A stretch of 64,000 bases of DNA from an uncultured Verrucomicrobiota bacterium. GTDB lineage: Bacteria; Verrucomicrobiota; Verrucomicrobiia; Limisphaerales; UBA8199. The notes beneath the pieces are model-generated. The model made no database searches. It was not told where the DNA came from and saw only the letters and a list, made by a program, of their open reading frames with translations. The stretch covers positions 1,219 to 65,218 of the forward strand of contig CAZZFF010000019.1 of the NCBI GenBank assembly GCA_964653485.1, given 5' to 3'. Shown here one piece after another: positions 30,625 to 39,733 of the stretch. The number at the start of each line of letters is the position of its first letter. The stretch's first letter is position 1. A program made the translations under genes and the position numbers.

Positions 30625-30840
30625 CTCACAGCGGCAAGGATAAGGAACATGCGGATTTGCCGGGGTTTCGTGTTTGGCACCGGAAATGCTGGTGTTTCGC
30701 CGTTACCTCGGTTCGCTGCGGATTCATCTTTGATGAATCCCTGGCGCCCCTGTGTAAAGGCAGTGCAGTTTGGTCCTTTTGGAGCATGAACTCGACGGCG
30801 ACAGAGTCGAAGAGACGGCCCGAGGGCACGGGCCGCGCGC

Positions 30841-31611
30841 GTGTGTGGCAGGGTGGGATCCAGCGCTTCTGCGAGGGCTGGGGTTGTCGCGTCTGCACTC
30901 CGGATCCGGCGGCCGAGATGGGCCGCGTACCGCGGGGGGGGGGGGGAGGGCGTTGCTGTCGTTGGAGGCAACGCGAGGGTGCGGTCGGTGGTCCTCGAAG
31001 CGGTCGCACGGTTGCCCGGGTTCCAGAGCTGCACCCTCTTTGCAACGGGCGCGGAGGCTATCAGGCTCCTGCCGGGCCTGGAAGTGGAAATCGCCCTCGT
31101 CGCGCTGACTCTCCCGGACCTCTGCGGCATCAGGTGCGGCAGAGAGTTGCGCACCCGCAAACCCGGCCTCAAGGCCGTCCTGATCGTCTCAGCGGAGGAA
31201 TGTGCGCTCGCCGGCCATGCCATGGCAAGCGGCTTTGATTACTGCCTTGCGCACCCGTTCGACACGGGCCGCTGTGTGGAGACGCTCCTCTTCGTTTCGG
31301 CATGCCAAGCTCGCAGGCCTGGGACGTCACTGGGCCATCCAGGGCCATGCACCCGGTCCTTCGCCTCGTCCGGGCTGACGCGTGAGGAGGATCGGGTGAT
31401 GGCCTGCCTTGCTCAGGGTCGGTTCTACAAGGAAATCGAGGCTGACCTCGGGTTTAGCAGGGCGAAGGTGTGCCGCCTTGTGCATAGCTCGTACACCAAA
31501 CTCGGCGCTCAGAAGGCCACTGAAGCGGTGGAGAAGTGGCGGCGGTCCAGCTCGCCGCGCGCGAGCCAAGGCGCACTTGCAGCCGGAGGAGAAGGAGGAG
31601 GAGCACTTTGA
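30841..31611 (+). CDS. LuxR/NarL-type regulator with degenerate (pseudo-)receiver; 5' end crossed by a G13 tract
   Basis: [11 protein letters not shown] (acidic pair lost), [14 protein letters not shown] (phospho-Asp replaced by Ala), C-terminal [29 protein letters not shown]. Confidence 0.75.
   Translation: MCGRVGSSASARAGVVASALRIRRPRWAAYRGGGGEGVAVVGGNARVRSVVLEAVARLPGFQSCTLFATGAEAIRLLPGLEVEIALVALTLPDLCGIRCGRELRTRKPGLKAVLIVSAEECALAGHAMASGFDYCLAHPFDTGRCVETLLFVSACQARRPGTSLGHPGPCTRSFASSGLTREEDRVMACLAQGRFYKEIEADLGFSRAKVCRLVHSSYTKLGAQKATEAVEKWRRSSSPRASQGALAAGGEGGGAL
30934..30946 (+). repeat. G13 homopolymer
   Basis: 13 consecutive G between c30933 and a30947. Confidence 0.95.
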
Positions 31612-32534
31612 CAACGCTGAGAAGAAGCGCATATCGCGGCGATCGAAGGGGTTTGCCTCCTGGCGCGGCCGCGCCAGGGGGCCGGAGCCGCCGCGCCGGC
31701 GGCGGCGCCGCTTGCCGTCCGTCCAGGCGCCGGGCGCCTGCGGAGGGCGGGCGGGCGGCGTTTACGCTTGTCGAGTTGCTTGTGGTGATCGCCATCATCG
31801 CCATTTTGGCCGCGCTCCTGCTGCCGGCCCTGGCCAGGGGGAAGGCCAAGGCCTACCGAGCGGTTTGCTCGAGCGACCTCTTGCAGATGGGCCAGGCGGC
31901 GAACATGTATGCCGCCGACAACCGCGATTTCATGGCCTGGCCAAATTGGCAGACCCTCGGCGCCGTTTCTCCGGAGCCTGACCCCTGCGGCCCGCCGGTC
32001 CATCCGATGGGCGGCTGGCTCTACACTCCCGGCGTCCCGCCCGACCCGACGGTCAGCCCGTACAGCGCCAACCCGATTGCCGCCTGGCAGCAGGGGCTTT
32101 GGTTTCCGTACCTGCGCACCCCGGGCGTTTATCTGTGCCCCGTGAGCCTGAGGAGCCAGTACTACGCCCAGCGTATCAACAAGCTGTGCGGTTACCTGAT
32201 GAACGGAGGGGTCTGCGCCTTTGGACAACTGTACTTGCAGAGGGCCCCCTCGCCCACGTGGAGGACGAGCGACATCTGGAGCCCGATGTGCTGGCTGTTG
32301 TGGGAGCCGGATGAGAGCCTGGGCCAGCCGCCGGTGGGCGGCTACGCTTATGCTGACGGCAGCGTTTATCCGGACCAGATGACCGCCCTGACCCGGAGTC
32401 ACGGCCCCGGTGCGGACATCCTCGCCTTGGCCGGCCACGTCCAGTTCGTCCACCTCAACCAGTTCGCCGCCGAACAAACTAACAGCGCCCGGGGGCTGCT
32501 CTGGTGGAATCCTGGAACAGCCAGCGGGCGCTGA
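31608..32534 (+). CDS. Prepilin-type N-terminal cleavage/methylation domain protein (pseudopilin-like)
   Basis: [35 protein letters not shown]; GGAGGAGGAG RBS and TTG 31608 overlapping the upstream TGA. Confidence 0.88.
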   Translation: MTTLRRSAYRGDRRGLPPGAAAPGGRSRRAGGGAACRPSRRRAPAEGGRAAFTLVELLVVIAIIAILAALLLPALARGKAKAYRAVCSSDLLQMGQAANMYAADNRDFMAWPNWQTLGAVSPEPDPCGPPVHPMGGWLYTPGVPPDPTVSPYSANPIAAWQQGLWFPYLRTPGVYLCPVSLRSQYYAQRINKLCGYLMNGGVCAFGQLYLQRAPSPTWRTSDIWSPMCWLLWEPDESLGQPPVGGYAYADGSVYPDQMTALTRSHGPGADILALAGHVQFVHLNQFAAEQTNSARGLLWWNPGTASGR

Positions 32535-32548
32535 ACGAACACTCAACC

Positions 32549-34615
32549 ATGAAATCCCTCCTCTATGGCTCAGCCCTCCTGGCCCTCGCGTACCAGGCGT
32601 TAGCCCAGACCAACGATCCGCTTGACCAATGGCAGTCGTATGACCCGCTGCCGAGCAATTTCCTTGGCAGCGTTGCTTTTCTCAACGGGCAGTTTTGGGG
32701 TGTTGGCGATGGCACCGTCTGGGCATCCCAGGACGGCACTAACTGGGCTTGCTCCGGCCTCCTCCCGATGGACGGGCCTTTCGCGATCGCCTACGGGAAC
32801 GGCACCTACGTGGTCGTGGGGATCGTCCAGACTGTTGCCGGCATGAACTACTCGGGCGGGCTCATCGCGACATCCCCGGACGGTGCCGCCTGGACCGCCC
32901 AGCAGGGCCCCCTGGGCTACGCCATTGGGAATGGTCCGGCGGGTCTCTGGTTGCCCATCTTTAGTCCAGGCGCCAGCCCCATCGCTTTCGGGAACGGGGT
33001 CTTTGTCGTGTGGGTCGAACTCGAGGACGGCACTGTGGCTGTCCTGACCTCGCCCGACGGCATCCAGTGGGCCATTCACGAGTTCGGGGACACGGCCCTC
33101 GTAAAGGACATTACGTTCGGCAACGGCATTTTTGCGGCGCTGGCCAGCGACGCGAGTGGCAATTATCGTCTCATCACGTCCGCCGACGGAGTGCTCTGGA
33201 CGCCGCACCCTTCTCCAGTCGGCCCGGTGCCATGTTTGGGCTACGGGGGCGGTTCATTCATCGTCTTGGGCGGCGGGTCAACTGTAGATGCCGTCGCGAC
33301 CTCCACAAACTGCGCCGCCTGGACGACCAACACGGTTTCCTGGCCATTTCGTGATTCTCCCTGGGACGTCGCTTATGGAAACGGGCTGTTCGTCGCCGCG
33401 TGTTCGGGCGGCGGCGTCGCGGTATCGGCCAACGGCATCGCCTGGGCGGATTCCGGCTTCGCGGCGTTGAGCGACGTGATGGGTGTCTGCTATGGCAAGG
33501 GCGCGTTTGTCGCGGTCGGCCCCGGACCGCCGGCGGTGTCGACCGACGGCGTGAGGTGGGACCAACCGGCGCCGGTGGCTGACCTTTGGATCAACGGGGT
33601 CGTTTATGCTAGGGACAGGTTCGTCGCCGTTGGCTGCGAGGGCTTGTGGAGCCCTTACAACGGCGTCGGCGTCATTTTCGGCTCGGCCGATGGGATGCAC
33701 TGGAGCGTGGCCCACCCGGTCGTGGAGGGGCTGATGTCGGTCGCCTATGGGAACAGCCTTTTTGTGGCCGCCGGCGGCAGCAACGTCGTGACATCCGCCG
33801 ACGGCATCAGTTGGGCTCCTCAGGCCCTCGGCGGGGCGGCTTCCATCCAGAGCGTTGCCTACGGGGAGGGCCAGTTCGTCGCTGTCGGCGGGGCCATCCT
33901 CACCTCGACTGACGGCGTCCACTGGCTCCAGCGGAATCCAGGAACCAACGTGGGCCTCGCGCAAGTCGTCTATGGCAACGGCGCTTTTGTCGCGCTGCTT
34001 GACGCGCCAGGTGGGGCGGTGCTTGCCTCCCCGGACGGCGTGGCCTGGACGCTGCAGAGCTCCGGCACGACCGACCAGCTTCTGGGGCTGTGCTACGGAC
34101 AGGGCGTGTTTCTGGCTGTCGGCAACCAGACCGTCCTCACCTCCACCGATGGCGTTCATTGGTCCGCGCCGGGCTCGAGCCCCCCCTGGTCGGGCGAGGT
34201 GGTGGGACCCGCCTATGTACACGGGATGTTCGCCGTCTGCAGCGGTGGCGGCTTCTTCACATCGACCAACACCGTCGACTGGGTCCTCCACGACACGGGG
34301 TGCGGCTGCAGGCTCACCGGCTTGGCATTCGGCGGGGCCACCCTCGTTGGGGTGGGGGAGTCCGGCAGAGTTGTGCAATCTGGCACAATGACCTCGTGGC
34401 CCATGCGCCTCGCGCCGCTGCCGTGGCGGGGGACCGGTCCCTTTCAGATCACGGTCGCCGGGCCTGCTAATCACAACTGGGAAATAGACGCGTCCAGCGA
34501 CCTCTTTGGCTGGGCCCCGCTCGCAAATCTCTGGAGCACGAACGGCGTGATCACGCTCACCGATCCCGGGGCCCCGCATCAAGCCCGCCAGTTCTACAGG
34601 GGCGAGTGGTGGTGA
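32549..34615 (+). CDS. Secreted BNR/WD40-YVTN-like beta-propeller repeat protein, copy 1
   Basis: Signal MKSLLYGSALLALAYQALA; repeated VAYGNG.FVAVG...LTSPDG..W units; C-terminal ...DASSDL..W..L.N..STNG..TDP....FYR domain. Confidence 0.88.
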   Translation: MKSLLYGSALLALAYQALAQTNDPLDQWQSYDPLPSNFLGSVAFLNGQFWGVGDGTVWASQDGTNWACSGLLPMDGPFAIAYGNGTYVVVGIVQTVAGMNYSGGLIATSPDGAAWTAQQGPLGYAIGNGPAGLWLPIFSPGASPIAFGNGVFVVWVELEDGTVAVLTSPDGIQWAIHEFGDTALVKDITFGNGIFAALASDASGNYRLITSADGVLWTPHPSPVGPVPCLGYGGGSFIVLGGGSTVDAVATSTNCAAWTTNTVSWPFRDSPWDVAYGNGLFVAACSGGGVAVSANGIAWADSGFAALSDVMGVCYGKGAFVAVGPGPPAVSTDGVRWDQPAPVADLWINGVVYARDRFVAVGCEGLWSPYNGVGVIFGSADGMHWSVAHPVVEGLMSVAYGNSLFVAAGGSNVVTSADGISWAPQALGGAASIQSVAYGEGQFVAVGGAILTSTDGVHWLQRNPGTNVGLAQVVYGNGAFVALLDAPGGAVLASPDGVAWTLQSSGTTDQLLGLCYGQGVFLAVGNQTVLTSTDGVHWSAPGSSPPWSGEVVGPAYVHGMFAVCSGGGFFTSTNTVDWVLHDTGCGCRLTGLAFGGATLVGVGESGRVVQSGTMTSWPMRLAPLPWRGTGPFQITVAGPANHNWEIDASSDLFGWAPLANLWSTNGVITLTDPGAPHQARQFYRGEWW

Positions 34616-34757
34616 GCCGGAATCTGCACGCGACGGCTGGGACCCAGCCCTCTTGCCGCTCTCGGGCGCCAGACCGGCGGAGGGCAAGGCTGGAGCAACC
34701 GTTGCACAAGCATTTCGCGTGCCGCTTACGGTAACGGCTTGGGGAAGATTTCTTCTT

Positions 34758-34786
34758 TTGCAGCTTCTGCTGTGCGGCGCTACAAA
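34758..34786 (+). promoter_or_regulatory. Sigma70-like promoter, copy 1 (TTGCAG-17-TACAAA)
   Basis: Aligned with the better-matching copy at 37320-37348. Confidence 0.5.
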
Positions 34787-34917
34787 AGTGGCCGTTGCTT
34801 TGGTATCCAGGTCCGGGAGGCCTGATGCTTCGGGAGCCAAGTGGCAGCTTTGCCCTCGGAGGGCAGGCAGACGCGAGTGAACATGATCGCACGCGAACAG
34901 ATAACTTGAAACAAGCT

Positions 34918-34965
34918 ATGAAGACCTCGAACGAAACGGCCGGCGCTGAGGCATTCCCGCCCTAG
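34918..34965 (+). pseudogene. Truncated 5' stub of the Cys-rich protein gene (MKTSNETAGAEAFPP*)
   Basis: 14 of 15 residues identical to the N-terminus of 37480-38514, then TAG at the duplication junction. Confidence 0.85.
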
Positions 34966-35070
34966 CCAGCCACGTCCAATTCGTCCGCCTCAACCAGTTC
35001 GCCGCCGAACAAACTAACAGCGCCCGAGGCCTGCTCTGGTGGAATCCGGGAACAGCCACCGGGCGCTGAG
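34966..35070 (+). pseudogene. Orphan 3' end of a pseudopilin gene
   Basis: Encodes [32 protein letters not shown], matching the end of 31608-32534. Confidence 0.85.
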
Positions 35071-35083
35071 CAAGCACTCAACT

Positions 35084-37177
35084 ATGAAATCCCTTCTCTA
35101 CGCCGCGGCGCTCCTGGCCCTTGGGGGCCAGGTCCTTGGCCAGACCAACGATCCGCTTGACCATTGGCAGCGGTATGATCCTGCGCCGAGCAACTTCTTT
35201 TCCAGCGTTGGTTTTCTCAACGGGCAGTTTTGGGGCGTTGGCTGTGGTACTGTCTGGGGATCGCAGGACGGCACTAACTGGGCGTGCTCCGGTTTCGTCC
35301 CCATGGATGTACCCTTGGGCATCGCGTATGGGAACGGCACCTACGTGGTCGTGGGAGAGGACGGTTACGACCCCGAGCTTGACGGGACGGCAGGCCTTAT
35401 CACGACCTCGCCTGATGGAGTCGTCTGGACCGCTCAGTCTGGGCCGCCCGGGTACTCTGTCTTCGGTGGACCAGCAGGCTTTTGGTTTCCCGAGGCCGGT
35501 CCCGATGGCAACGCGGTCGTTTATGGCAACGGCTTGTTCGTCGTGGCGGTCACGCTGGAGGATAGCACTCCCGCCTTCCTGACGTCGCCGGACGGTGTCC
35601 AGTGGGCGATCCAGACCTTCGGAGACATCCACGCTATCTCGAGCCTTATCTTCGGCAATGGTCTGTTCGTAGCACTGGGCTATACGGGTGACTTCGGCGC
35701 CGGCGGCCAGAGCTTCCTGTTGACGTCCCAGGATGGGCAGCTTTGGACGAAGCACGCGGGCGGAACTGGGGGCTGGCTTGACTGGGTGGGCTACGGCAAC
35801 GGCACCTTCGTGCTTGGGAGCGGTTTAGGGCAGCTCCAGGCGGTCGCCGCATCAACCGACCTCCAAACGTGGACGACCAATGCGGCCCAGGGCACCGCCG
35901 GTTTCTACCCGGGTTCCATTGCCTATGGGGACGGAGTGTTCGTTGCCGCGGGCGGCGCGGGCGCCGTCTGGACTTCGCCGGACGGTCTTCAGTGGGCGAG
36001 CCACGACTCGGGCATATCCAATACCTTGTATTCCGTCGCCAACGGAAACGGGGTTTTCGTGGCCTCCTCGCGGTCGCCACCCGTCACGTCGAGCGATGGG
36101 GTCCACTGGACGGCGGCCAAGCCCGCGATCCCCGTAAGCATGTACGATGTCGTCTTTGCCCGAGGCCGGTTCGTGGCGGTCGGGCAGCAGACGGGCTCAT
36201 CAGCAGACTATCCCAGCCAGGGCGTAAGCATGACCTCGACGGACGGCGCCCACTGGAGCATCGCCTACACTGGGACCACGCAGTGCCTCAGTGTGGTTTA
36301 CGCTGATGGCCTTTTTGTAGCGGTGGGCGGCGACCAGGTTGTCACCTCGCCGGACGGGCTGAACTGGACCCCACGCGTCTCGGGCACTGCAAATTCCATC
36401 CAGAGCGTCGCTTACGGGAACGGCCTCTTGGTGGGGGTCGGCTGGAGTGGCACCGTCATCACCTCGACCAACGGCACCGACTGGATTTCGCGTAATCCGG
36501 CAACCAATGTTAGCATGATGCAGGTCGTTTACGGGAACGGCGTCTTCGTTGCGCTCTGGGAGAGCCAGGACGGCTCCATCCTCGTCTCGACCAACGGCGC
36601 GGACTGGCAGATCCGGGACTGCGGGGCAACCGATTGGGTCTGGGGACTGGGCTCCGGCGATGGGATGCTCTTCGTGGTGGGAAGACAGTCCCTTCTGGTG
36701 TCAACCAACGGGAGCGATTGGTTCACACTTGGATCCGGCATCTTCCCCTGGTATGACACCGGAAACCTTAAATACGCCCACGGGACCTTTCTCATCGTCT
36801 GCGGGTCGGGGGACATTTACGCCTCGACGAACGCGACGGACTGGGTGCTCCACAACACCGGTTGTGGCCAAGACCTATCTGGCTTGGCGTACGGCAACAA
36901 CACCTTCGTAGCGGTGGGAGAGGGTGGCACCATACTCCAGTCTGCCCCCACTCCTTCATGGCCTCTGCAACTTGCGCCTTCGGGTGTGCCCGGGCCAAAC
37001 GGATTTTCCCTCACCGCCTCCGGCCCCGCCGGGCACAACTGGGAGATTGACGCGTCCAGCGATCTCCTTGACTGGGCTCCGCTCGCAAATCTCTGGAGCA
37101 CGAACGGCGTGATCACGGTCACCGATCCGGCGGCCACAGCCTGCGCTCGCCGGTTCTATCATGGTCAGTGGTGGTGA
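35084..37177 (+). CDS. Secreted BNR/WD40-YVTN-like beta-propeller repeat protein, copy 2
   Basis: Paralogue of 32549-34615: same signal, repeats and C-terminal domain. Confidence 0.88.
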   Translation: MKSLLYAAALLALGGQVLGQTNDPLDHWQRYDPAPSNFFSSVGFLNGQFWGVGCGTVWGSQDGTNWACSGFVPMDVPLGIAYGNGTYVVVGEDGYDPELDGTAGLITTSPDGVVWTAQSGPPGYSVFGGPAGFWFPEAGPDGNAVVYGNGLFVVAVTLEDSTPAFLTSPDGVQWAIQTFGDIHAISSLIFGNGLFVALGYTGDFGAGGQSFLLTSQDGQLWTKHAGGTGGWLDWVGYGNGTFVLGSGLGQLQAVAASTDLQTWTTNAAQGTAGFYPGSIAYGDGVFVAAGGAGAVWTSPDGLQWASHDSGISNTLYSVANGNGVFVASSRSPPVTSSDGVHWTAAKPAIPVSMYDVVFARGRFVAVGQQTGSSADYPSQGVSMTSTDGAHWSIAYTGTTQCLSVVYADGLFVAVGGDQVVTSPDGLNWTPRVSGTANSIQSVAYGNGLLVGVGWSGTVITSTNGTDWISRNPATNVSMMQVVYGNGVFVALWESQDGSILVSTNGADWQIRDCGATDWVWGLGSGDGMLFVVGRQSLLVSTNGSDWFTLGSGIFPWYDTGNLKYAHGTFLIVCGSGDIYASTNATDWVLHNTGCGQDLSGLAYGNNTFVAVGEGGTILQSAPTPSWPLQLAPSGVPGPNGFSLTASGPAGHNWEIDASSDLLDWAPLANLWSTNGVITVTDPAATACARRFYHGQWW

Positions 37178-37319
37178 GCCGGACAGGTGCCGAGCGCCCC
37201 GCGCTAGCTCTGTTGTCGCTGTCTGCGGCGCCAAGCCGGCGCGGGGCAAGGCTGTAGCAAGTGCTGCACAAGCATCTCGCGTGCCGCATACGGTAACGGC
37301 TGGGGGAAGATTTCTTCCT

Positions 37320-37348
37320 TTGAAGCCTCTGCCGTGCGGCGCTATAAA
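37320..37348 (+). promoter_or_regulatory. Sigma70-like promoter of the Cys-rich gene (TTGAAG-17-TATAAA)
   Basis: Near-consensus hexamers with 17-nt spacer about 130 nt upstream of ATG 37480; conserved in the duplicated copy. Confidence 0.6.
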
Positions 37349-37479
37349 AGTGACCCTTGCCTCAGGATCCAGGCTCCGAAGGCCTGATGCTTGGGGAACC
37401 AATCGGCGACTTTGCCCTCGAAGGGCAGGGAGACGCGAGCGAGTATGATTGCACGCGAACAGATAACTTGAAGCAAACT

Positions 37480-38514
37480 ATGAAGACCTCGAACGAGACG
37501 GCCGGTGCCGAGCCATTTCCACCCTCAACCCGCCGGGATTTCCTCCAGAAGGTCACGAAGTCCGTCCTTGGCGGCGGGCTGCTTATCGGCGGTGTTGGCT
37601 TGCCGACGGCTGCGCTTGCAGGTGGTGGCTGCACGCACTGCGACACGACCCTTGACAGCACTTGCAACAACACGTACGCATGCACGAGTCTGAACGCTTG
37701 TGGCTCGAACCAATGCAACACCGCGGACGGATGCAGCGTCACCGATAGCTGCTTGTACAACAATACGTGCCAAGTGACCAACGCTTGCGGCGTCGACACG
37801 TGCGAGACCAACAACAATTGCCAAGCCCCCGGCGGCCTCTCGGGCAGCGACACATGCACGAGCAACGTATGCACTTCCTACGACCTTTGCTCCACTAACA
37901 CGTGCATCAACACCGACGCTTGCACCACCACCGGGGGCAGCCAGAACCAGTGCTACGAGCAGGACACTTGCGAGGCCAGCAACACCTGCGGCACAGATGT
38001 GTGCGGTGCGGTCAACTTCTGCACGTCCTGGAACAAATGCACCAGTGACGATGAATGTGTGAATTACAACCTGTGCAGCTCCTATAACTACTGCGTCAGC
38101 CGCGAGGTCGGCACACTCGGGTGCCAAACCGACACGTGCAAGGCGTCCAACTACTGCGGCGGGGACGACCCGTGCTCTACGAACTCCTGCGGAATCTCGA
38201 ATACCTGTGCGGACGATAGTTGCTTGGCATCAAACAACTGCGCTGGCATCAATGATTGCGGGGTTGATACCTGCTCTGGCGCCACCTACGGAAACTCGTG
38301 CTTCAGCGATGCCTGTCAGTCCAGCGATTCATGCATTGGCACGGCCGGCAACTCCTGCACCACGGACACGTGCGGGACGGACTCTTGCGGCCACTCGAAC
38401 ACCTGCATTTCCAGCGACCGGTGCATGACGCTGGACGATTGTATGTTTAACATCTGCGATTCCTTCAATATATGCAATGGGATCAACACGTGCTCGAGCA
38501 CTAACAGTCCATAA
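37480..38514 (+). CDS. Tat-signal, 48-Cys periodic repeat protein of unknown function
   Basis: STRRDFL Tat motif and AALA cleavage site; mature part has Cys every 5-6 residues, 43 of 48 preceded by N/D at -2. Confidence 0.9.
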   Translation: MKTSNETAGAEPFPPSTRRDFLQKVTKSVLGGGLLIGGVGLPTAALAGGGCTHCDTTLDSTCNNTYACTSLNACGSNQCNTADGCSVTDSCLYNNTCQVTNACGVDTCETNNNCQAPGGLSGSDTCTSNVCTSYDLCSTNTCINTDACTTTGGSQNQCYEQDTCEASNTCGTDVCGAVNFCTSWNKCTSDDECVNYNLCSSYNYCVSREVGTLGCQTDTCKASNYCGGDDPCSTNSCGISNTCADDSCLASNNCAGINDCGVDTCSGATYGNSCFSDACQSSDSCIGTAGNSCTTDTCGTDSCGHSNTCISSDRCMTLDDCMFNICDSFNICNGINTCSSTNSP

Positions 38515-38515
38515 C

Positions 38516-39520
38516 GCGGGTAGCCGCTACGGAGGAACTCCGCTCGCTGGTGATTGAGCAGCCCGAACTGCTGATCGCGCAAGGGACTGCCATTGGCGCA
38601 AAGGCTTTTGCGGTTGGCGTGCAGAGCGTAGTCGATTTCCTCCAACAAACGCCGGACCGTGTTCGGACAGACGCGCAAACCCAAGTGCGCCAGTTCGGAA
38701 CTGATGCTGCGTAACCGTTTGCCAGTCCACAAGCCGTGCTTGCCCATCGGATCCCCGGCGGTGTCCTCCCGCAACAAGGCTCGGAGCCGGCTCAAGATTT
38801 GGGGCGTTTTTTTTCCACAGCCGGTCGGCCGCTCCCCGGCTGCCGAACCCGCCCTCGCAGCACCTGGCCGCTGAGCAACTCGCGCTCCGCACGGGCGATG
38901 GTGTCCACATCCAGCCCGAAGCGCTCTGCCGTTCGTTGCTGACCTCCGTAGCCGCACTGCAAACTCTCCAAGCCGGCGTAAAGTCGCCGCTGCTTTTCGT
39001 CCAGCAAGCTATAGAACAGCGCTTTGGCCGCCGGCAGGTCGTCGCCCGCCTCTTGCTGGGCCTGCCGCTGGGCCCACTGCTCCTGTCGTCGCGCGCGATC
39101 CAGGGCACAATACAGATAACGGCCTTCCCACTCCCGCCGGAATAGCCGCCCGGCCTCCACCAACTGGCGCAGCGCATCCTTGGCCGCGACGTGAACCACT
39201 GCCTCCAGTTCCGGCACCTGATAGCCGGCGGCAGACTGTGTCACCAGCGCCTCCGCCGTGTTCAACAACGTGCCCCGCCGCGAGAAACGAACATCGCGGC
39301 AGGACCACAGCCCCAGCTCATCGTAGTGCGCGATGGAATCGAGCGTGAAATACGTGCCGCCATGGGAATAGCTGCTCCGGTAGCCCAAGGGCGAGAGCTT
39401 GCGCAAGACCGTATACGTGACGCAGGTGCCCAAGGCCTCTTTGAGTTCCGGCATGGTGGCGACTTTTTGGTCGTTTAAAAGGCCGACCAGCTTCTCAGCC
39501 GGATAGTGAACGACATTCAT
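38516..39520 (-). mobile_element. Truncated ISAzo13-family transposase (two frames joined at an A8 slippery run; DDE domain missing)
   Basis: LDEKQRRLYAGLE...GYGGQ...GRVRQPGSGRPAVEKK, then in the next frame LLREDTAGDPMG..LWT.K.LR.I..EL...G..V...TV.RLL...YAL.ANRK...RDQQF; A8 at 38807-38814; ends abruptly at FLRSGYP. Confidence 0.85.
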
Positions 39521-39733
39521 AATGTGAACATAACGCCTTCGCGTGGGTTGTCGAGCGTCATATTCACATTTTCGACCAAAAGCGCCTCTGTGGACAAATG
39601 CATCGGCAAATGCATCATTTGCTCAGGAACTACGGGTGTCCGGAAGGCACCGCCTCAATCCTCACCGAGAACAGGTTCTCGGCATCTTGTGCGTGTGCAG
39701 CCTTAGAATCGGAAGTTGTTTATGCACGAACCC

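Larger units (their letters stand above)
32423..37520 (+). repeat. Tandem ~2.5-kb duplication (units ~32423-34957 and ~34958-37520)
   Basis: Each unit = pseudopilin 3' end + propeller gene + ~300-nt intergenic region + 5' start of the Cys-rich gene; flanks align closely by eye. Confidence 0.85.

Noticed and set aside
30510-31238. 242-aa ORF overlapping the LuxR gene
   Set aside because: Arg/Gly/Pro-rich with no domain; it is the out-of-frame read-through across the G13 tract.
37480-38514. Multiheme cytochrome or metallothionein call for the Cys-rich protein
   Set aside because: No CxxCH motifs (only CTHCD); no CC/CxC clusters typical of metallothioneins. Direct homology to insect antifreeze proteins is also unsupported because the TCT register is not regular.
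38316-38515. C-terminal extension of the transposase frame (GLLVLEHVLIP...)
   Set aside because: It is simply the antisense of the Cys-rich gene end, not transposase sequence.
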